64,000 nt of DNA from a virus, in IMG/VR virus record IMGVR_UViG_3300033978_000457, positions 1-64,000 of that record. One strand, given 5' to 3'. The position numbers and the translations under genes are program-made. This document shows, in pieces, positions 46,488 to 56,062 of the stretch; the stretch's first letter is position 1; each line of letters begins with the position of its first letter. Below the pieces are notes generated by a model that saw only the letters and a list, made by a program, of their open reading frames with translations, was not told the DNA's origin and did no database searches.

Positions 46488-48759
46488 AGAACTTCTCCTC
46501 AAATCCGCCTTCAGAATAGTCATCTGAAATACTGAATTCACATCCAATAGGCATACCTGGGATATTTAGTCCTCTGTCCATTTCGATCAATGCTTTTAGT
46601 TTTTTACAGTACTGATCAATGTGTTCGTCTTTAACTTCCGCAAGCACAGAGTCATGTACTAGAGCAAAGATGCTGGCGTCCAGTTTCTTTACTTCTATAT
46701 ATTCTTGCATTTCAATAGCTGCAAGAAGGTTAATGTCCGAAGAAGGAGACTGAATTAAGAAGTTAATACCAGAACGAACTTCGTGGGCAATAATGCCTTT
46801 GTTATCGCTGTTGATGTTTCTAAGACGACGCTTACGGCCAAAGTGGCTGTAAATGAACCCGTCTGCTAGAATTCTTTCTTCTGACGTTTTTAGCCACTTC
46901 TTAAGTCGCTTAAACGTCTTGAAGTAATCGTCAATAGCTTCTTGGGCTTCTGACTTAGTGTAAATAGCTCCAGGGTCAGACTCTTGCATACCTTTAGTAA
47001 CTGTAGCAGAAATCTTATTAGCGCCGGCACCATATAGAATACCGAACGAGATAGCCTTAGCAGCCTGACGTTCGCCGGGGAATAGTTTTTTTACATCTTC
47101 AACTTTACAAGGAAGATTAAACACTTTCTTAGCGATAGTAGAGTGGAAGTCCCCACCGCTGCGGAAGACGTCCATAAGCTCAGGGTCGCCGGATAGAACA
47201 GCCGCGATATACATCTCGGCTGTGGTCAAGTCCATTGATACAATCTTGTACCCTGGGCGAGCTTTGATACAGCCTTTAACCGCTGGATTATCCCGCGGCA
47301 ACTGCTGCATGTTTAATTTTCCGGAGGAAGACAATCGTCCGCTTGTGGTGGAGTGTAGGTTGAAGCTTGTTCTAAGCTTGCTGTCTCTATCAAGTTCGGG
47401 GATGATTTTGTCAAGATAAGTGTTTTTAATCTTTCCCTGTTTTCGTATGGTGAGTATAAGAGCTGGTATCGGATGAGCTTCTGCGAGTTGTTCAAGGACT
47501 TCCGCATTTGTGGAATCCGCTCCAGTTCCCGTAAGAATTCCAGTTGGTTCAAGTCCGAGATAGTCAAAGAGTAATTTCCTTAATTGTTGAACAGAATTTG
47601 GGTTAAATTCGGCCGCTTGATCTCTCTCAAATTTCGCCACCTCAGGGTATGCCTTGAGCTTCTGTACCGCTTCATCAATTTCCTTTGTCATGGTCTTTTG
47701 GGCAAGCTTCAATCGCTCTATATCAAAAGGAACACCATTGTCTTGAATTTTAGTTAGGAACCTAGAGCCAGGAATGAGGATATTCTCATACATCTTCAGG
47801 AGTCTAGGATTGCGCTCAACAGCTCGACGGAACTTGTCATAGAGAAGAAACGTGACGCAAGCGTCGATGGATGCATAAGGCCACATGATATCGAAGGGGA
47901 TTAGTCCGTAGTTGAAATCGCCCTTAAGGATGCCATGAGTTTTGCAGTAATCTGAAATAAACTGCCCTAGGGGTTCTTCGTAGTCCCCATAGTCTGTATA
48001 TTTAAGCGCTAGCGATTTAAGGCCGTGGTTGCCAGGCTGCTCGTCTAGCGTATAATGCAGTAGCATGGTATCTTCGAAATTAGGGAAGAACCATCTAAAA
48101 TGATAAGCAAACCAGCCCATATCGAACTTGGCGTTATGAAACACAACAATCTTTGTGTTGAATATTTCGCGCAGTAGCGCATCTACTCGCTCGCTGATAC
48201 AGTCTACATGAATATACGCGCCCGTGTTTGGCGCTGCCGAGATCGAAATACCGAGCACTTCCCCGTTTCGTGGGTACAGATCGCTGGTTTCAGAGTCAAG
48301 ACCTATGTATTTGTAGGGCTGTTCTTTGCACCATAAAAGGTATTTGAAAGCTTCTGTCTCGTCTTGAATACCTTTAAAGTTCTCCATATTATACTTAGGA
48401 GCGGATTTACTACCGGTCACAAAAGCATTAATAGACTTTACAGAGTCTTCCCAAAGAGGTTTAGCCTCTGGCTTGAAAGCAAGCATAGAAGGGTTGATAG
48501 TAGGAATGAATTTATCATTCACTACTTTACCAGAGTATTCTGTAACAGAACTTTTACCAGTGAAGAACTTGAATGGTTCTGACCCGATTAGGATCACCCA
48601 ATCGTAGCCATCAGCGATAGAAGTTTCAATTACTACGTCCTTCTTAAGAACTTTCTTAAGGGTTGGGTCGTCAGTAAGAGATACCTTATCATAATCAAAA
48701 CTAAACTGTCTATAGACAGTACTTGTAGGCTTTGTTTCTACTATTAGTACTCTGGCCAT
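46459..48759 (-). CDS. Family A DNA polymerase (T5-like) with 3'-5' exonuclease
   Basis: GLDSET, FHNAKFD, TTSGRLSS...NMQQLP, DLTTAE, RQAAKAISFGILYG, VHDS. Confidence 0.95.
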   Translation of the reverse strand: MARVLIVETKPTSTVYRQFSFDYDKVSLTDDPTLKKVLKKDVVIETSIADGYDWVILIGSEPFKFFTGKSSVTEYSGKVVNDKFIPTINPSMLAFKPEAKPLWEDSVKSINAFVTGSKSAPKYNMENFKGIQDETEAFKYLLWCKEQPYKYIGLDSETSDLYPRNGEVLGISISAAPNTGAYIHVDCISERVDALLREIFNTKIVVFHNAKFDMGWFAYHFRWFFPNFEDTMLLHYTLDEQPGNHGLKSLALKYTDYGDYEEPLGQFISDYCKTHGILKGDFNYGLIPFDIMWPYASIDACVTFLLYDKFRRAVERNPRLLKMYENILIPGSRFLTKIQDNGVPFDIERLKLAQKTMTKEIDEAVQKLKAYPEVAKFERDQAAEFNPNSVQQLRKLLFDYLGLEPTGILTGTGADSTNAEVLEQLAEAHPIPALILTIRKQGKIKNTYLDKIIPELDRDSKLRTSFNLHSTTSGRLSSSGKLNMQQLPRDNPAVKGCIKARPGYKIVSMDLTTAEMYIAAVLSGDPELMDVFRSGGDFHSTIAKKVFNLPCKVEDVKKLFPGERQAAKAISFGILYGAGANKISATVTKGMQESDPGAIYTKSEAQEAIDDYFKTFKRLKKWLKTSEERILADGFIYSHFGRKRRLRNINSDNKGIIAHEVRSGINFLIQSPSSDINLLAAIEMQEYIEVKKLDASIFALVHDSVLAEVKDEHIDQYCKKLKALIEMDRGLNIPGMPIGCEFSISDDYSEGGFEEKFFGEDDKIAA

Positions 48760-49595
48760 TCTCTTGTTTTTAACTTTCTGATTTGTTCTTTTGTTAAGCT
48801 GCCGGGATCTGCACCCTCGTCGAAATAGTTGGTTAACACTATGTTTTTAGTATTAAAACCCATTCCATCGGCTAGTGGTATTATTTTTTCTGCTGCGGCC
48901 TGCCCGGCCTCATCTCCGTCAAAAAGTACATGCAACTCATGTACTCCTAGCATTCTAAGCAGCCCAAGCTTATCCTCATTCATTGTCTGTGTACCAAATG
49001 CAGTCATAACAAAAGTTATACCGTTGTCGTACAATTTAAGCATATCAAATATGCCTTCTACTAGAACTATTGTACTAAACTTTGGTTTGTTAGTCATTGG
49101 GTACAAAGGAGCTTGTGCTCCTGGAGGATGTAGCTTATATTTTGGCTTAGCGAAAGCATCAAACGATCTTGCGGAGAAGTTTATGATTTTACCCGTAATA
49201 TCGTAGATAGGGAACACTAGTCTATTAGGGAAGTCTTCCTCGTATGTAAATGCTTTGAATCTTTTATATGTTGCAGCGGATATACCCCTATAATCATCCT
49301 CCCAGAATATTGCATCCTCTGGTATCTGCAACCCAACTCTCTCTAGAGTTACCTGCTCGATTTTCTTTTTTAGGGTACTTCGTAGCATATCTAACTTGGA
49401 TCTGTCTATTCCAAACTTAGCAAATATGTTGCCCCTATGTCCACAAGAAAAGCAATGAAAAATACCAGTAACCCGATCCATTCTCATGGACGGGTTACTG
49501 TCATCGTGTTCTGGGTTTAAACATTTAATAAGAAAATCCTTACCGCTAGGTATGAACGCTATCTTATGCTTTGTGAGTACGTCTTCTACATTCAT
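48744..49595 (-). CDS. DNA primase (Zn finger + TOPRIM)
   Basis: CLNPEH...CFSCG, LVEGIFD, FDGDEAG, DPG. Confidence 0.9.
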   Translation of the reverse strand: MNVEDVLTKHKIAFIPSGKDFLIKCLNPEHDDSNPSMRMDRVTGIFHCFSCGHRGNIFAKFGIDRSKLDMLRSTLKKKIEQVTLERVGLQIPEDAIFWEDDYRGISAATYKRFKAFTYEEDFPNRLVFPIYDITGKIINFSARSFDAFAKPKYKLHPPGAQAPLYPMTNKPKFSTIVLVEGIFDMLKLYDNGITFVMTAFGTQTMNEDKLGLLRMLGVHELHVLFDGDEAGQAAAEKIIPLADGMGFNTKNIVLTNYFDEGADPGSLTKEQIRKLKTREWPEY

Positions 49596-49615
49596 AAGGA
49601 ATTTCCATTTTTAGT

Positions 49616-49655
49616 AGTATAGCATAAAGATTTACTGGTGTCAAGAACTATTTTT
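49616..49655 (-). promoter_or_regulatory. Sigma70-type promoter
   Basis: AAAAATAGTTC-TTGACA, 17 bp, TG-C-TATACT. Confidence 0.8.
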
Positions 49656-51000
49656 GCCACTTTCTATCTTCTGCTTCTTCTTTCTCTTCATCTTCCTCTT
49701 TAGCGGATACGGTGGCAGAGTCTGGGCCGATCTTAAGAGTATCCCAGTCCATGCTGGAAGTGAAGTTTGTCTCTGCATTTCTTCTGTCCTTAACACAAGT
49801 AAACGTCATAGCACAATCATCTTTCTGATGCGGGTCTAGCGTGAAGGCTGCGTCGGCCGGATCAAGAATACCCTTAGCAAATCTAGCTTCCCCAGTAGCA
49901 TCTACCTGATAGGGGCAGACTACGGGTATACCAAACTTTTGAGCAATATCAGCCTTTAGAAAGTTAGCCACCTCAATCTGTTCGCCCCAATCAAAAGAAC
50001 CTTTCTTAGATGGTATCTTTGAAAGCTTGATCTTATTGATGTAGTCGATAATAATTACAGCGGGTTTGATAAGAGGAACTTTACGCTCACATTCAGACCT
50101 AATTTTAGCTACAGTCATTTGAGGGTCATAAACGACTTCAAACCTTGCCTCTTTAAGAGGAAGGGTTATTAGTTTTTTATGAAATTCATCAAAAGAGATA
50201 TTTAAACTGTAATGTTCTTTATAAAAATCTTCGCCCCCTTCATACCTAGAGGACCACCACTTAGCTACCCGTACAAGCTCATCTGAGGATAGAGTTCTAT
50301 TACGAAGCCTATACGCGGACACATTTGCCCCGATAGAAGCAACACGTTGAATAATATCGCGCTGTTTCATCTCTATCGTAAAGTACATAGAAGATTTTTT
50401 CTCTGCCTGCATATTTGCCATGACATTAGCGCAAACGAGAGACTTACCCGACCCTCTTCTACCGCCGATCATGATAAGATCCTCTGGCGTGTATTGGATT
50501 ACGGAGTCAAATTCAGTATTTAACCCTAAAGGTATGTAACGAGATATAGTCTCTTGGGGCTCGAAAAGTTCTATCCTCTGCATAGTTTCTTGTTCTTCAT
50601 CAAGATCGATCTTCTTCTCGATGCCTACAATGATATCTTGTAGTGCTTCAATAGTCTCGGTCGCACTTTCAAACGCTACGGAATTGTCTATAAGTTTCGT
50701 TACTCCCTCCAGCACTAGTCGCTGCGAGTAGTCATTTTTTAGAAACTCTAGTAGAATTGCGGCGTCGGTGTCAACTTCGACCTGCTCAACAATAGCTACT
50801 CTCTGAAGTAGCTGTTTGCTTTTTGCGTCGAACTTAAGCTCTTCGAAGGTAGGTAGTTTGTTAAACCTATCTACGAAAGAGGAAACTTTGTCATATAATG
50901 AAGAATATTCTGGAGTAAGATAGTTTTTTCTGAGAGAAGACCAAGTAGAAATATCTTGCTGGGTTAGTAGCTGCTTAAATAGAGCACTAGCAAGATCCAA
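49648..51000 (-). CDS. DnaB-like replicative helicase
   Basis: GGRRGSGKS, FTIEM, IIDYIN, ARFAKGILD. Confidence 0.9.
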   Translation of the reverse strand: MDLASALFKQLLTQQDISTWSSLRKNYLTPEYSSLYDKVSSFVDRFNKLPTFEELKFDAKSKQLLQRVAIVEQVEVDTDAAILLEFLKNDYSQRLVLEGVTKLIDNSVAFESATETIEALQDIIVGIEKKIDLDEEQETMQRIELFEPQETISRYIPLGLNTEFDSVIQYTPEDLIMIGGRRGSGKSLVCANVMANMQAEKKSSMYFTIEMKQRDIIQRVASIGANVSAYRLRNRTLSSDELVRVAKWWSSRYEGGEDFYKEHYSLNISFDEFHKKLITLPLKEARFEVVYDPQMTVAKIRSECERKVPLIKPAVIIIDYINKIKLSKIPSKKGSFDWGEQIEVANFLKADIAQKFGIPVVCPYQVDATGEARFAKGILDPADAAFTLDPHQKDDCAMTFTCVKDRRNAETNFTSSMDWDTLKIGPDSATVSAKEEDEEKEEAEDRKWQK

Positions 51001-51014
51001 AGTATTTCTCCAAC

Positions 51015-51045
51015 AAAAACGGGGTGGAAGTCGCCCTCCACCCCG
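51015..51045 (-). terminator. Intrinsic terminator after D5
   Basis: Minus strand CGGGGTGGA-loop-TCCACCCCG-TTTTT. Confidence 0.8.
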
Positions 51046-51069
51046 CTGTTGCTCATTAGACTAAGTTAA

Positions 51070-51792
51070 TTAGGCTTTTGCAGCAGCTTTTGCAGCTTTT
51101 GCGGCGCCCGAATAGTCCTTGGCGTCAACTCCACGACGAGTCAACATTGTCTTTACTCCACGCTCGGAACGATCAACTTTAGCAGCGATTTCCGCTACAG
51201 TCATCGAAGCGAGGTCGAGACCTTCGAAGGCATCTTCTGTTTTCGCAACGTGCTTAGACGCTGGGATTGCAGAGATTTCCTTTGTGCGAAGGAGCGAGAG
51301 CGCTTTACCGCGTACCGAAGGTACAGTACGGTTTAGCTTGGCAGCGATGTCTTCTAGGAAGGCATCAGCATTTGCCATCTTGATGAAAGTAGCTTGTTCG
51401 CTGTCGTTGAAGGTACGCTCGTAAACCTTCTTCTCAGTTGGCTTAACAGCAGCAGTGAGTTCCATTGAAAGAACTTTACCCTGAATCTGCTTCGCGCTGA
51501 ATGTGCCGTTGTCAAAAGCGGCTGCGATTTCTGCAAAGGTGTAGTCGCCGGAGTTTGCAACAAGGAACTCACGTAGAGCGTCTTCCTGTGCTTCCGAGAA
51601 CGTTTTGCTAGCTACAGTTGCGGACTTTTCGACTTCATAACCTTCTTTGCGAAGCTTTGATGCGATCGAACGTGCGCTTGTTTCCAGTTCTACAGCGGCT
51701 GCATTTACAGTTTGAATAGATACTGGTTCTTCGTTTCCTACGTAAGCTACAAGCTTCGCGAGACGGGGTTCATCCCATTTTGGTAGTGCCAT
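51070..51792 (-). CDS. T5 D5-like DNA-binding protein
   Basis: Repeated HTH-like units (RSIASKLRK, KQIQGKVLS, SVRGKALS, GVKTMLTRRG); synteny after ligase B. Confidence 0.8.
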   Translation of the reverse strand: MALPKWDEPRLAKLVAYVGNEEPVSIQTVNAAAVELETSARSIASKLRKEGYEVEKSATVASKTFSEAQEDALREFLVANSGDYTFAEIAAAFDNGTFSAKQIQGKVLSMELTAAVKPTEKKVYERTFNDSEQATFIKMANADAFLEDIAAKLNRTVPSVRGKALSLLRTKEISAIPASKHVAKTEDAFEGLDLASMTVAEIAAKVDRSERGVKTMLTRRGVDAKDYSGAAKAAKAAAKA

Positions 51793-52514
51793 TATATTAG
51801 TTCCTTTATATTGTTAACAATGATTGTGCCATTAGCACGTGCTTTTTCAGTTTTTGCGCTTTCAATCCCAGACTCGTTAACCAGATACTTGGTTGTTTTA
51901 GTCACGCTATCTACTGGTGTATATCCTTTTTCTAAAAGATAAACATGAGCTTCAGCTTTAGTTTTGAAAGACTTTAGTTTTCCAGTGATACATACTGTAT
52001 CTCCTGTAATACTTTTCTTCTCAGCTACGAAGGAGAAAGGCAATTCTACCCATTCTTCTGTATCTAGCCAATTGAGAAGATTAGCTGCGGCTTTTGGGCC
52101 AAGGATAGAGTTTGCTAATTCTTCTGTGATTTCATTGATATGATTTATATTAGCACATATCTTATCCGAGGCTGTTTTGCCTATTAGTGGAATACCCATA
52201 GCCGGGAGAACTTGGTTTAGGCTCGCATTTTTACTTTTTTCAATATTTGCATAGAGCTTATTACCTAAGGTTTCTCCGAGAGCCAAAGTAATATCATCTA
52301 TACTGAGATCATAAAGCTCAGGAATAGAAGTGACATCTAACTTACGAATTGCTGCGGGTCCTAGCCCGATAATTTTGAGGACCTTTCCAAAGTTTTCAAT
52401 TAATTTGAGTCCTTGTGCGGGGCAGGCAGCACTTCTACAATAAAGAATGAAGTTGACTGCTACAAGCTCACTACTACAAGATGGACAATGTGTTGGGGCT
52501 TCGATCTGTGTCAT
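51792..52514 (-). CDS. NAD-dependent DNA ligase subunit B (Zn finger, HhH, BRCT)
   Basis: PTHCPSC...C....C, IIGLGP, GIPLIG, VCITG...SVTKTT.YLV. Confidence 0.9.
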   Translation of the reverse strand: MTQIEAPTHCPSCSSELVAVNFILYCRSAACPAQGLKLIENFGKVLKIIGLGPAAIRKLDVTSIPELYDLSIDDITLALGETLGNKLYANIEKSKNASLNQVLPAMGIPLIGKTASDKICANINHINEITEELANSILGPKAAANLLNWLDTEEWVELPFSFVAEKKSITGDTVCITGKLKSFKTKAEAHVYLLEKGYTPVDSVTKTTKYLVNESGIESAKTEKARANGTIIVNNIKELI

Positions 52515-52537
52515 ACTTATCTCTTTACTGTCCTTAT

Positions 52538-52578
52538 AGTATAATCCCGTTGAGCGTCAAAGTCAAGGAATTTTTTTC
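52538..52578 (-). promoter_or_regulatory. Sigma70-type promoter
   Basis: A-tract, TTGACT (52566-52561), 17 bp, TATACT (52543-52538). Confidence 0.8.
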
Positions 52579-53247
52579 TTAACTGTGCAAAGAAGAAATA
52601 TCGATACCATACAAATCTTTGATAATTTCACCAGCCTTGATCGCGATTTCTTGATGCTCTTTTTGAGTACCGTTTGCTGAGCGAAGTTGAACAAAGTGAA
52701 TCCAGCTACGAAGCGTACCGTTCATATAGAGCCTGCTCTTAGTATTTCCTTCTGGAAGTACAGCGCGTGCTTGCTCTTTAGCAATACCGGCTTCAATAGC
52801 CCAATTATATGCTTTTTCAGCTTCATCATATACCCTATTTTGAGCATACTGCCATGCTGCTTGCAACGCAACGTCATCTGTTTCAATAGAGTTTTGCCTA
52901 TTTTTTGTATCTTGAAGACGAGCTTCTCTAACAACATATTGCTCACCAAGTGCTGCGGGGTCAGCGTATCGCTGACTAAACTCCTGAAAGCTGAAAGACC
53001 TGTGACGTAGAATCTGACGTGCAATGTCCCTAGTAGTTGTGATCTCCATACATACGGAAACCATCTCAAAGGGAGACCAGTGATTATTATCAATAAGATA
53101 TTTAATCAGCTTAGGAGCTGTATCCATTTTATCCTGGTTTGCAGGGTTAGATACTTTAGCACAATAGGCTACTAGATCGAGAGGTTCACTTAGTAGTAGA
53201 TCCTCAGTGTCTACTGGCTGAGAATACGAAACTAGCTTGACCGACAA
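52579..53247 (-). CDS. thyX: Flavin-dependent thymidylate synthase
   Basis: HWSPFE, RQILRHRSFSFQEFSQRY, EQARAVLP, GTLRSW. Confidence 0.95.
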   Translation of the reverse strand: MSVKLVSYSQPVDTEDLLLSEPLDLVAYCAKVSNPANQDKMDTAPKLIKYLIDNNHWSPFEMVSVCMEITTTRDIARQILRHRSFSFQEFSQRYADPAALGEQYVVREARLQDTKNRQNSIETDDVALQAAWQYAQNRVYDEAEKAYNWAIEAGIAKEQARAVLPEGNTKSRLYMNGTLRSWIHFVQLRSANGTQKEHQEIAIKAGEIIKDLYGIDISSLHS

Positions 53248-53248
53248 A

Positions 53249-53338
53249 TCAGCCTCCTGTGAACATAATATAAATTTGGTAGATTAGAGCGGCCACGGCA
53301 AGTGATACGCCCATCGCTAGTATGAATCTATTTCTCAT
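53249..53338 (-). CDS. Small membrane peptide (29 aa)
   Basis: MRNRFILAMGVSLAVAALIYQIYIMFTGG; fills gap exactly. Confidence 0.5.
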   Translation of the reverse strand: MRNRFILAMGVSLAVAALIYQIYIMFTGG

Positions 53339-53531
53339 TTAGCTTTTCTCTGAGTTTGCGGTTTAGTCTTTTTAACCGCTTAACTTCTTGCTCTAGCTGA
53401 CCAATTTTATCAGAGTCTATAGCTTTCCAAAGACCTGAGAAAATCCCAGCCTTAATAAGGGCATCTTGTGCCTCGTCATCATACTCTACGGTAAATGAAC
53501 CATTTTTTTCTAGTTTAGCTTCTAACAACAT
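53328..53531 (-). CDS. Hypothetical protein
   Basis: 67-aa ORF with AAGGA RBS; overlaps neighbours. Confidence 0.55.
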   Translation of the reverse strand: MLLEAKLEKNGSFTVEYDDEAQDALIKAGIFSGLWKAIDSDKIGQLEQEVKRLKRLNRKLREKLNEK

Positions 53532-53871
53532 CTAAAACATCCTTAAGTATTGAAATATGAAAACACTCAGTGTGACCGCCGAAACGCTCAGGAGGATAAT
53601 ATCGCTCATGTGCAAATTCTCTATGAAGTGTTTGCTCCAGGTTGTAAACTTCTTCGAGAGTTCCTTTAATGATTTTTTGGACTCGATGCTCATAGGTACC
53701 AAAGCCCCCTGCGCGGGAAGAAACAGCTTTGTAGCTTTTTCCTTTGGTGATTCCGATTTTGATACACTCACGTTTTTCGTTCCTCTTATTTACGAGCACT
53801 AGAATATATAGTACTCCGGGAGATTTGGCTACATCTGGGTTATTTTTAAAGTATGTAGTACTATAAGACAT
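53515..53871 (-). CDS. GIY-YIG-like (T5orf172-type) nuclease/DNA-binding protein
   Basis: GVLYIL...IKIGIT...R...LEQTLH...GHTECF. Confidence 0.75.
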   Translation of the reverse strand: MSYSTTYFKNNPDVAKSPGVLYILVLVNKRNEKRECIKIGITKGKSYKAVSSRAGGFGTYEHRVQKIIKGTLEEVYNLEQTLHREFAHERYYPPERFGGHTECFHISILKDVLDVVRS

Positions 53872-53985
53872 TTATTTTTTCTTTATACAGATACCACACT
53901 TAATATCTTTTTCTCTCAGACGCTTCTTTAGCTCTTCTAGCGTATAAGTCCTATCGCTGATATTTCTACAGCTACACACTATCAA
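53872..53985 (-). CDS. Bfd-like CxC...CxxC mini-protein (37 aa)
   Basis: MIVCSCRNISDRTYTLEELKKRLREKDIKCGICIKKK; TTG start overlapping the ligase A end; stop abuts next ATG. Confidence 0.6.
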   Translation of the reverse strand: MIVCSCRNISDRTYTLEELKKRLREKDIKCGICIKKK

Positions 53986-54934
53986 CTCGACCTACAATTC
54001 TTGGGATGATTTCCCCGGATCGAATAAGTTCAACTGTGCATCCGATTTCGAGTCCGAGCCCGCGTATATACTCGATGTTGTGAAGGGTTGCGCGGGATAC
54101 TGTGGCGTCCCCCACCAGTACGGGTTCAAGGATGGCAACTGGGGATACCACCCCGGTTCGGCCGACCTGCCATTCAACGTCAATAAGTTTTGTTGTAACC
54201 GCAGTAGGTTTTGGTTTAAGAGCATAAGCTGCTCGTGGATGTTTTGAAGTGTGTCCGGCAGCTGCGAATTTATCATTACTATTCTCCCTTACAACAAATC
54301 CATCTAGTGGGAATTTTTGCTCTAACTCTGGAGCTTTTACCGTCTTAAACCCAGCAGTCCAAAGAATACCTAGTGAGTCGTAATAAGTATCTGCTAGATA
54401 AGGTTGACAATCATATGCTACTACAGTTAAGTCTCTGGTCTTAACTTCCTCTACGCTTTTAAGATTCATAGCGCCTGCAGCGTAATTACGTGCATTTTCT
54501 ATGGTTTTAGGGGCCACCAACTCTGCGTTAATTTGCACAACTACTGCGGTTGTCGGGAGTTGGATAATAGCTGGCACGAGGTGCCGCAGCTTGGCTGTTA
54601 CGTCCAAACCTTTAATACCATCGCCTCTGGTGAGAATTTGGTTGAGGTGGAAAGTATCTTCTCCTGGGTTGCAGTAATAACTCATACTTATGGCGGCGCC
54701 ATCGAGTTTGGGGGTTTGATACGGATCATCTAATACAGGAGCAAGAAGCTCTTCACCGTAATGAACTTTCTGTAGCGAGTACATGCGAAAAAAGTGCGGG
54801 ACGCCTTTTACAGCGTCCGCACCTACTTTATTATAGCCTGATTTCTCAGCAAGGCTGTCAAACTCCTCATCAGATATGATGGGAGTGCCAGCATAGTATG
54901 CTGCGCTTGCTTTATCGAGAAGTTCTTTAATCAT
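53972..54934 (-). CDS. ligA: NAD-dependent DNA ligase subunit A (adenylation + OB)
   Basis: AYYAGTPIISDEEFD, PKLDG, LTRGDG, DGFVVR, WQVGRTG, RATLHN, RSGEIIP. Confidence 0.92.
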   Translation of the reverse strand: MIKELLDKASAAYYAGTPIISDEEFDSLAEKSGYNKVGADAVKGVPHFFRMYSLQKVHYGEELLAPVLDDPYQTPKLDGAAISMSYYCNPGEDTFHLNQILTRGDGIKGLDVTAKLRHLVPAIIQLPTTAVVVQINAELVAPKTIENARNYAAGAMNLKSVEEVKTRDLTVVAYDCQPYLADTYYDSLGILWTAGFKTVKAPELEQKFPLDGFVVRENSNDKFAAAGHTSKHPRAAYALKPKPTAVTTKLIDVEWQVGRTGVVSPVAILEPVLVGDATVSRATLHNIEYIRGLGLEIGCTVELIRSGEIIPRIVGRVDSV

Positions 54935-54940
54935 TTAAGT

Positions 54941-54980
54941 ATTATGCCATAGCTGGGGTTAAAAGTCAAGAACTATTTTG
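54941..54980 (-). promoter_or_regulatory. Sigma70-type promoter, predicted leaderless start
   Basis: AAAATAGTTC-TTGACT, 17 bp, TG-G-CATAAT, 6 nt, ATG. Confidence 0.75.
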
Positions 54981-55508
54981 CGGAATCCAGTCAGGGACGG
55001 GTCGACTTTTCCAAGAGAACATACTTGATTTTTCGCCTATATAATAGGCTTTGTACGCCGCAATAGAGTCGTCTTGTTTATATTGATCAGGCATAGCTGG
55101 AGTAGGCTGTGTAAAAGGTATATTAGGAATATTATCTGGAGGATAAGATAAGTAATCTACAAGTTCCCCAGATTTATGATGTTTACCATATCTATAGGTA
55201 TACTCGTCCAGCAGCGCAATAAACAGCTTAGATAGCCAAATATAGTTTTCTTTGCTGGCTCTAGCCCATACTGCTGATGGGTGATTAACGTGGGTAGCCT
55301 TATAGAGAATATCTTCTCTATCGTCAGGTAGTTCCCAGTTTTTAAGTCGCCTGCCCCCTTCAGACAGTCGTATCCCCTGTACACCATCTATAACTCTATG
55401 AGCTGTAGAAAGTAGCTGAGCATACTCTAAAATCATTTTTACACAATGTTTGTCGACATGCTCACGAGCACATTTTTCAACATCGTGACTTAGATAGAAA
55501 ATGTTCAA
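54966..55508 (-). CDS. Pyrimidine-dimer glycosylase-like (DenV-related) protein
   Basis: MNIFYL...DKHCVKMILEYAQLLSTAH...LYKATHVNHPSAVW...EYTYRYGKHH. Confidence 0.75.
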   Translation of the reverse strand: MNIFYLSHDVEKCAREHVDKHCVKMILEYAQLLSTAHRVIDGVQGIRLSEGGRRLKNWELPDDREDILYKATHVNHPSAVWARASKENYIWLSKLFIALLDEYTYRYGKHHKSGELVDYLSYPPDNIPNIPFTQPTPAMPDQYKQDDSIAAYKAYYIGEKSSMFSWKSRPVPDWIPQNSS

Positions 55509-55774
55509 ACGTATAAATCCTCTAGTAATTCGCTGAAATGTTCTTTGATTGCTTGCTTACTCTCGCCTAATGATAAAATCTCTAGACAAGCTATAAATAG
55601 TTGTTTGATATTATCTAAATCTAATGGCATAACAACACCATCTTTTCCATGGCACCAGTTTTCATCAAAATCTAAATAATATTTACGTATATGAAGGTAC
55701 TCTACCCCATTAAATACATTTACTGTGACTCTCCATTGACAATCATCAGTTTGATAAATTATGCGATCATACAT
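55505..55774 (-). CDS. PC4/p15-like ssDNA-binding protein
   Basis: RVTVNVFNGVEYLHIRKYY...W..GKDGV. Confidence 0.75.
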   Translation of the reverse strand: MYDRIIYQTDDCQWRVTVNVFNGVEYLHIRKYYLDFDENWCHGKDGVVMPLDLDNIKQLFIACLEILSLGESKQAIKEHFSELLEDLYV

Positions 55775-56033
55775 TGTTTTTCAATACGCTTGCTAGTGGC
55801 GCTACTGATGTTACTAAATCAGCTCGCACTAGTCTATAAGAATCCGTATCCCACGCCCAGGTTAAAACAGTATTATCTGTTTCTTGGGCATGGGTACGTT
55901 TTTCTTTTATATATGGGGTACTGAAGTCTACTGTAACAACATTATATTTTAACTTATTAGACTCTTGGCCTTTATAAGTAACTATTGCGTCACCTGCTTC
56001 TTCAATTTTTCTTCTTAGTTCTTCCTTATTCAT
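55767..56033 (-). CDS. T5-like conserved hypothetical protein
   Basis: Start ATG 56033 after GGAG; GDAIVTY...KLKYNV.T.DFSTPYI...WDTDSYRL. Confidence 0.7.
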   Translation of the reverse strand: MNKEELRRKIEEAGDAIVTYKGQESNKLKYNVVTVDFSTPYIKEKRTHAQETDNTVLTWAWDTDSYRLVRADLVTSVAPLASVLKNNV

Positions 56034-56062
56034 TATATCTCCAAGCAGTTGTGTAAGTTCTC

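Noticed and set aside
36311-51000. Inteins or introns in nrdA, polymerase or helicases
   Set aside because: Proteins are of normal or short length with contiguous motifs
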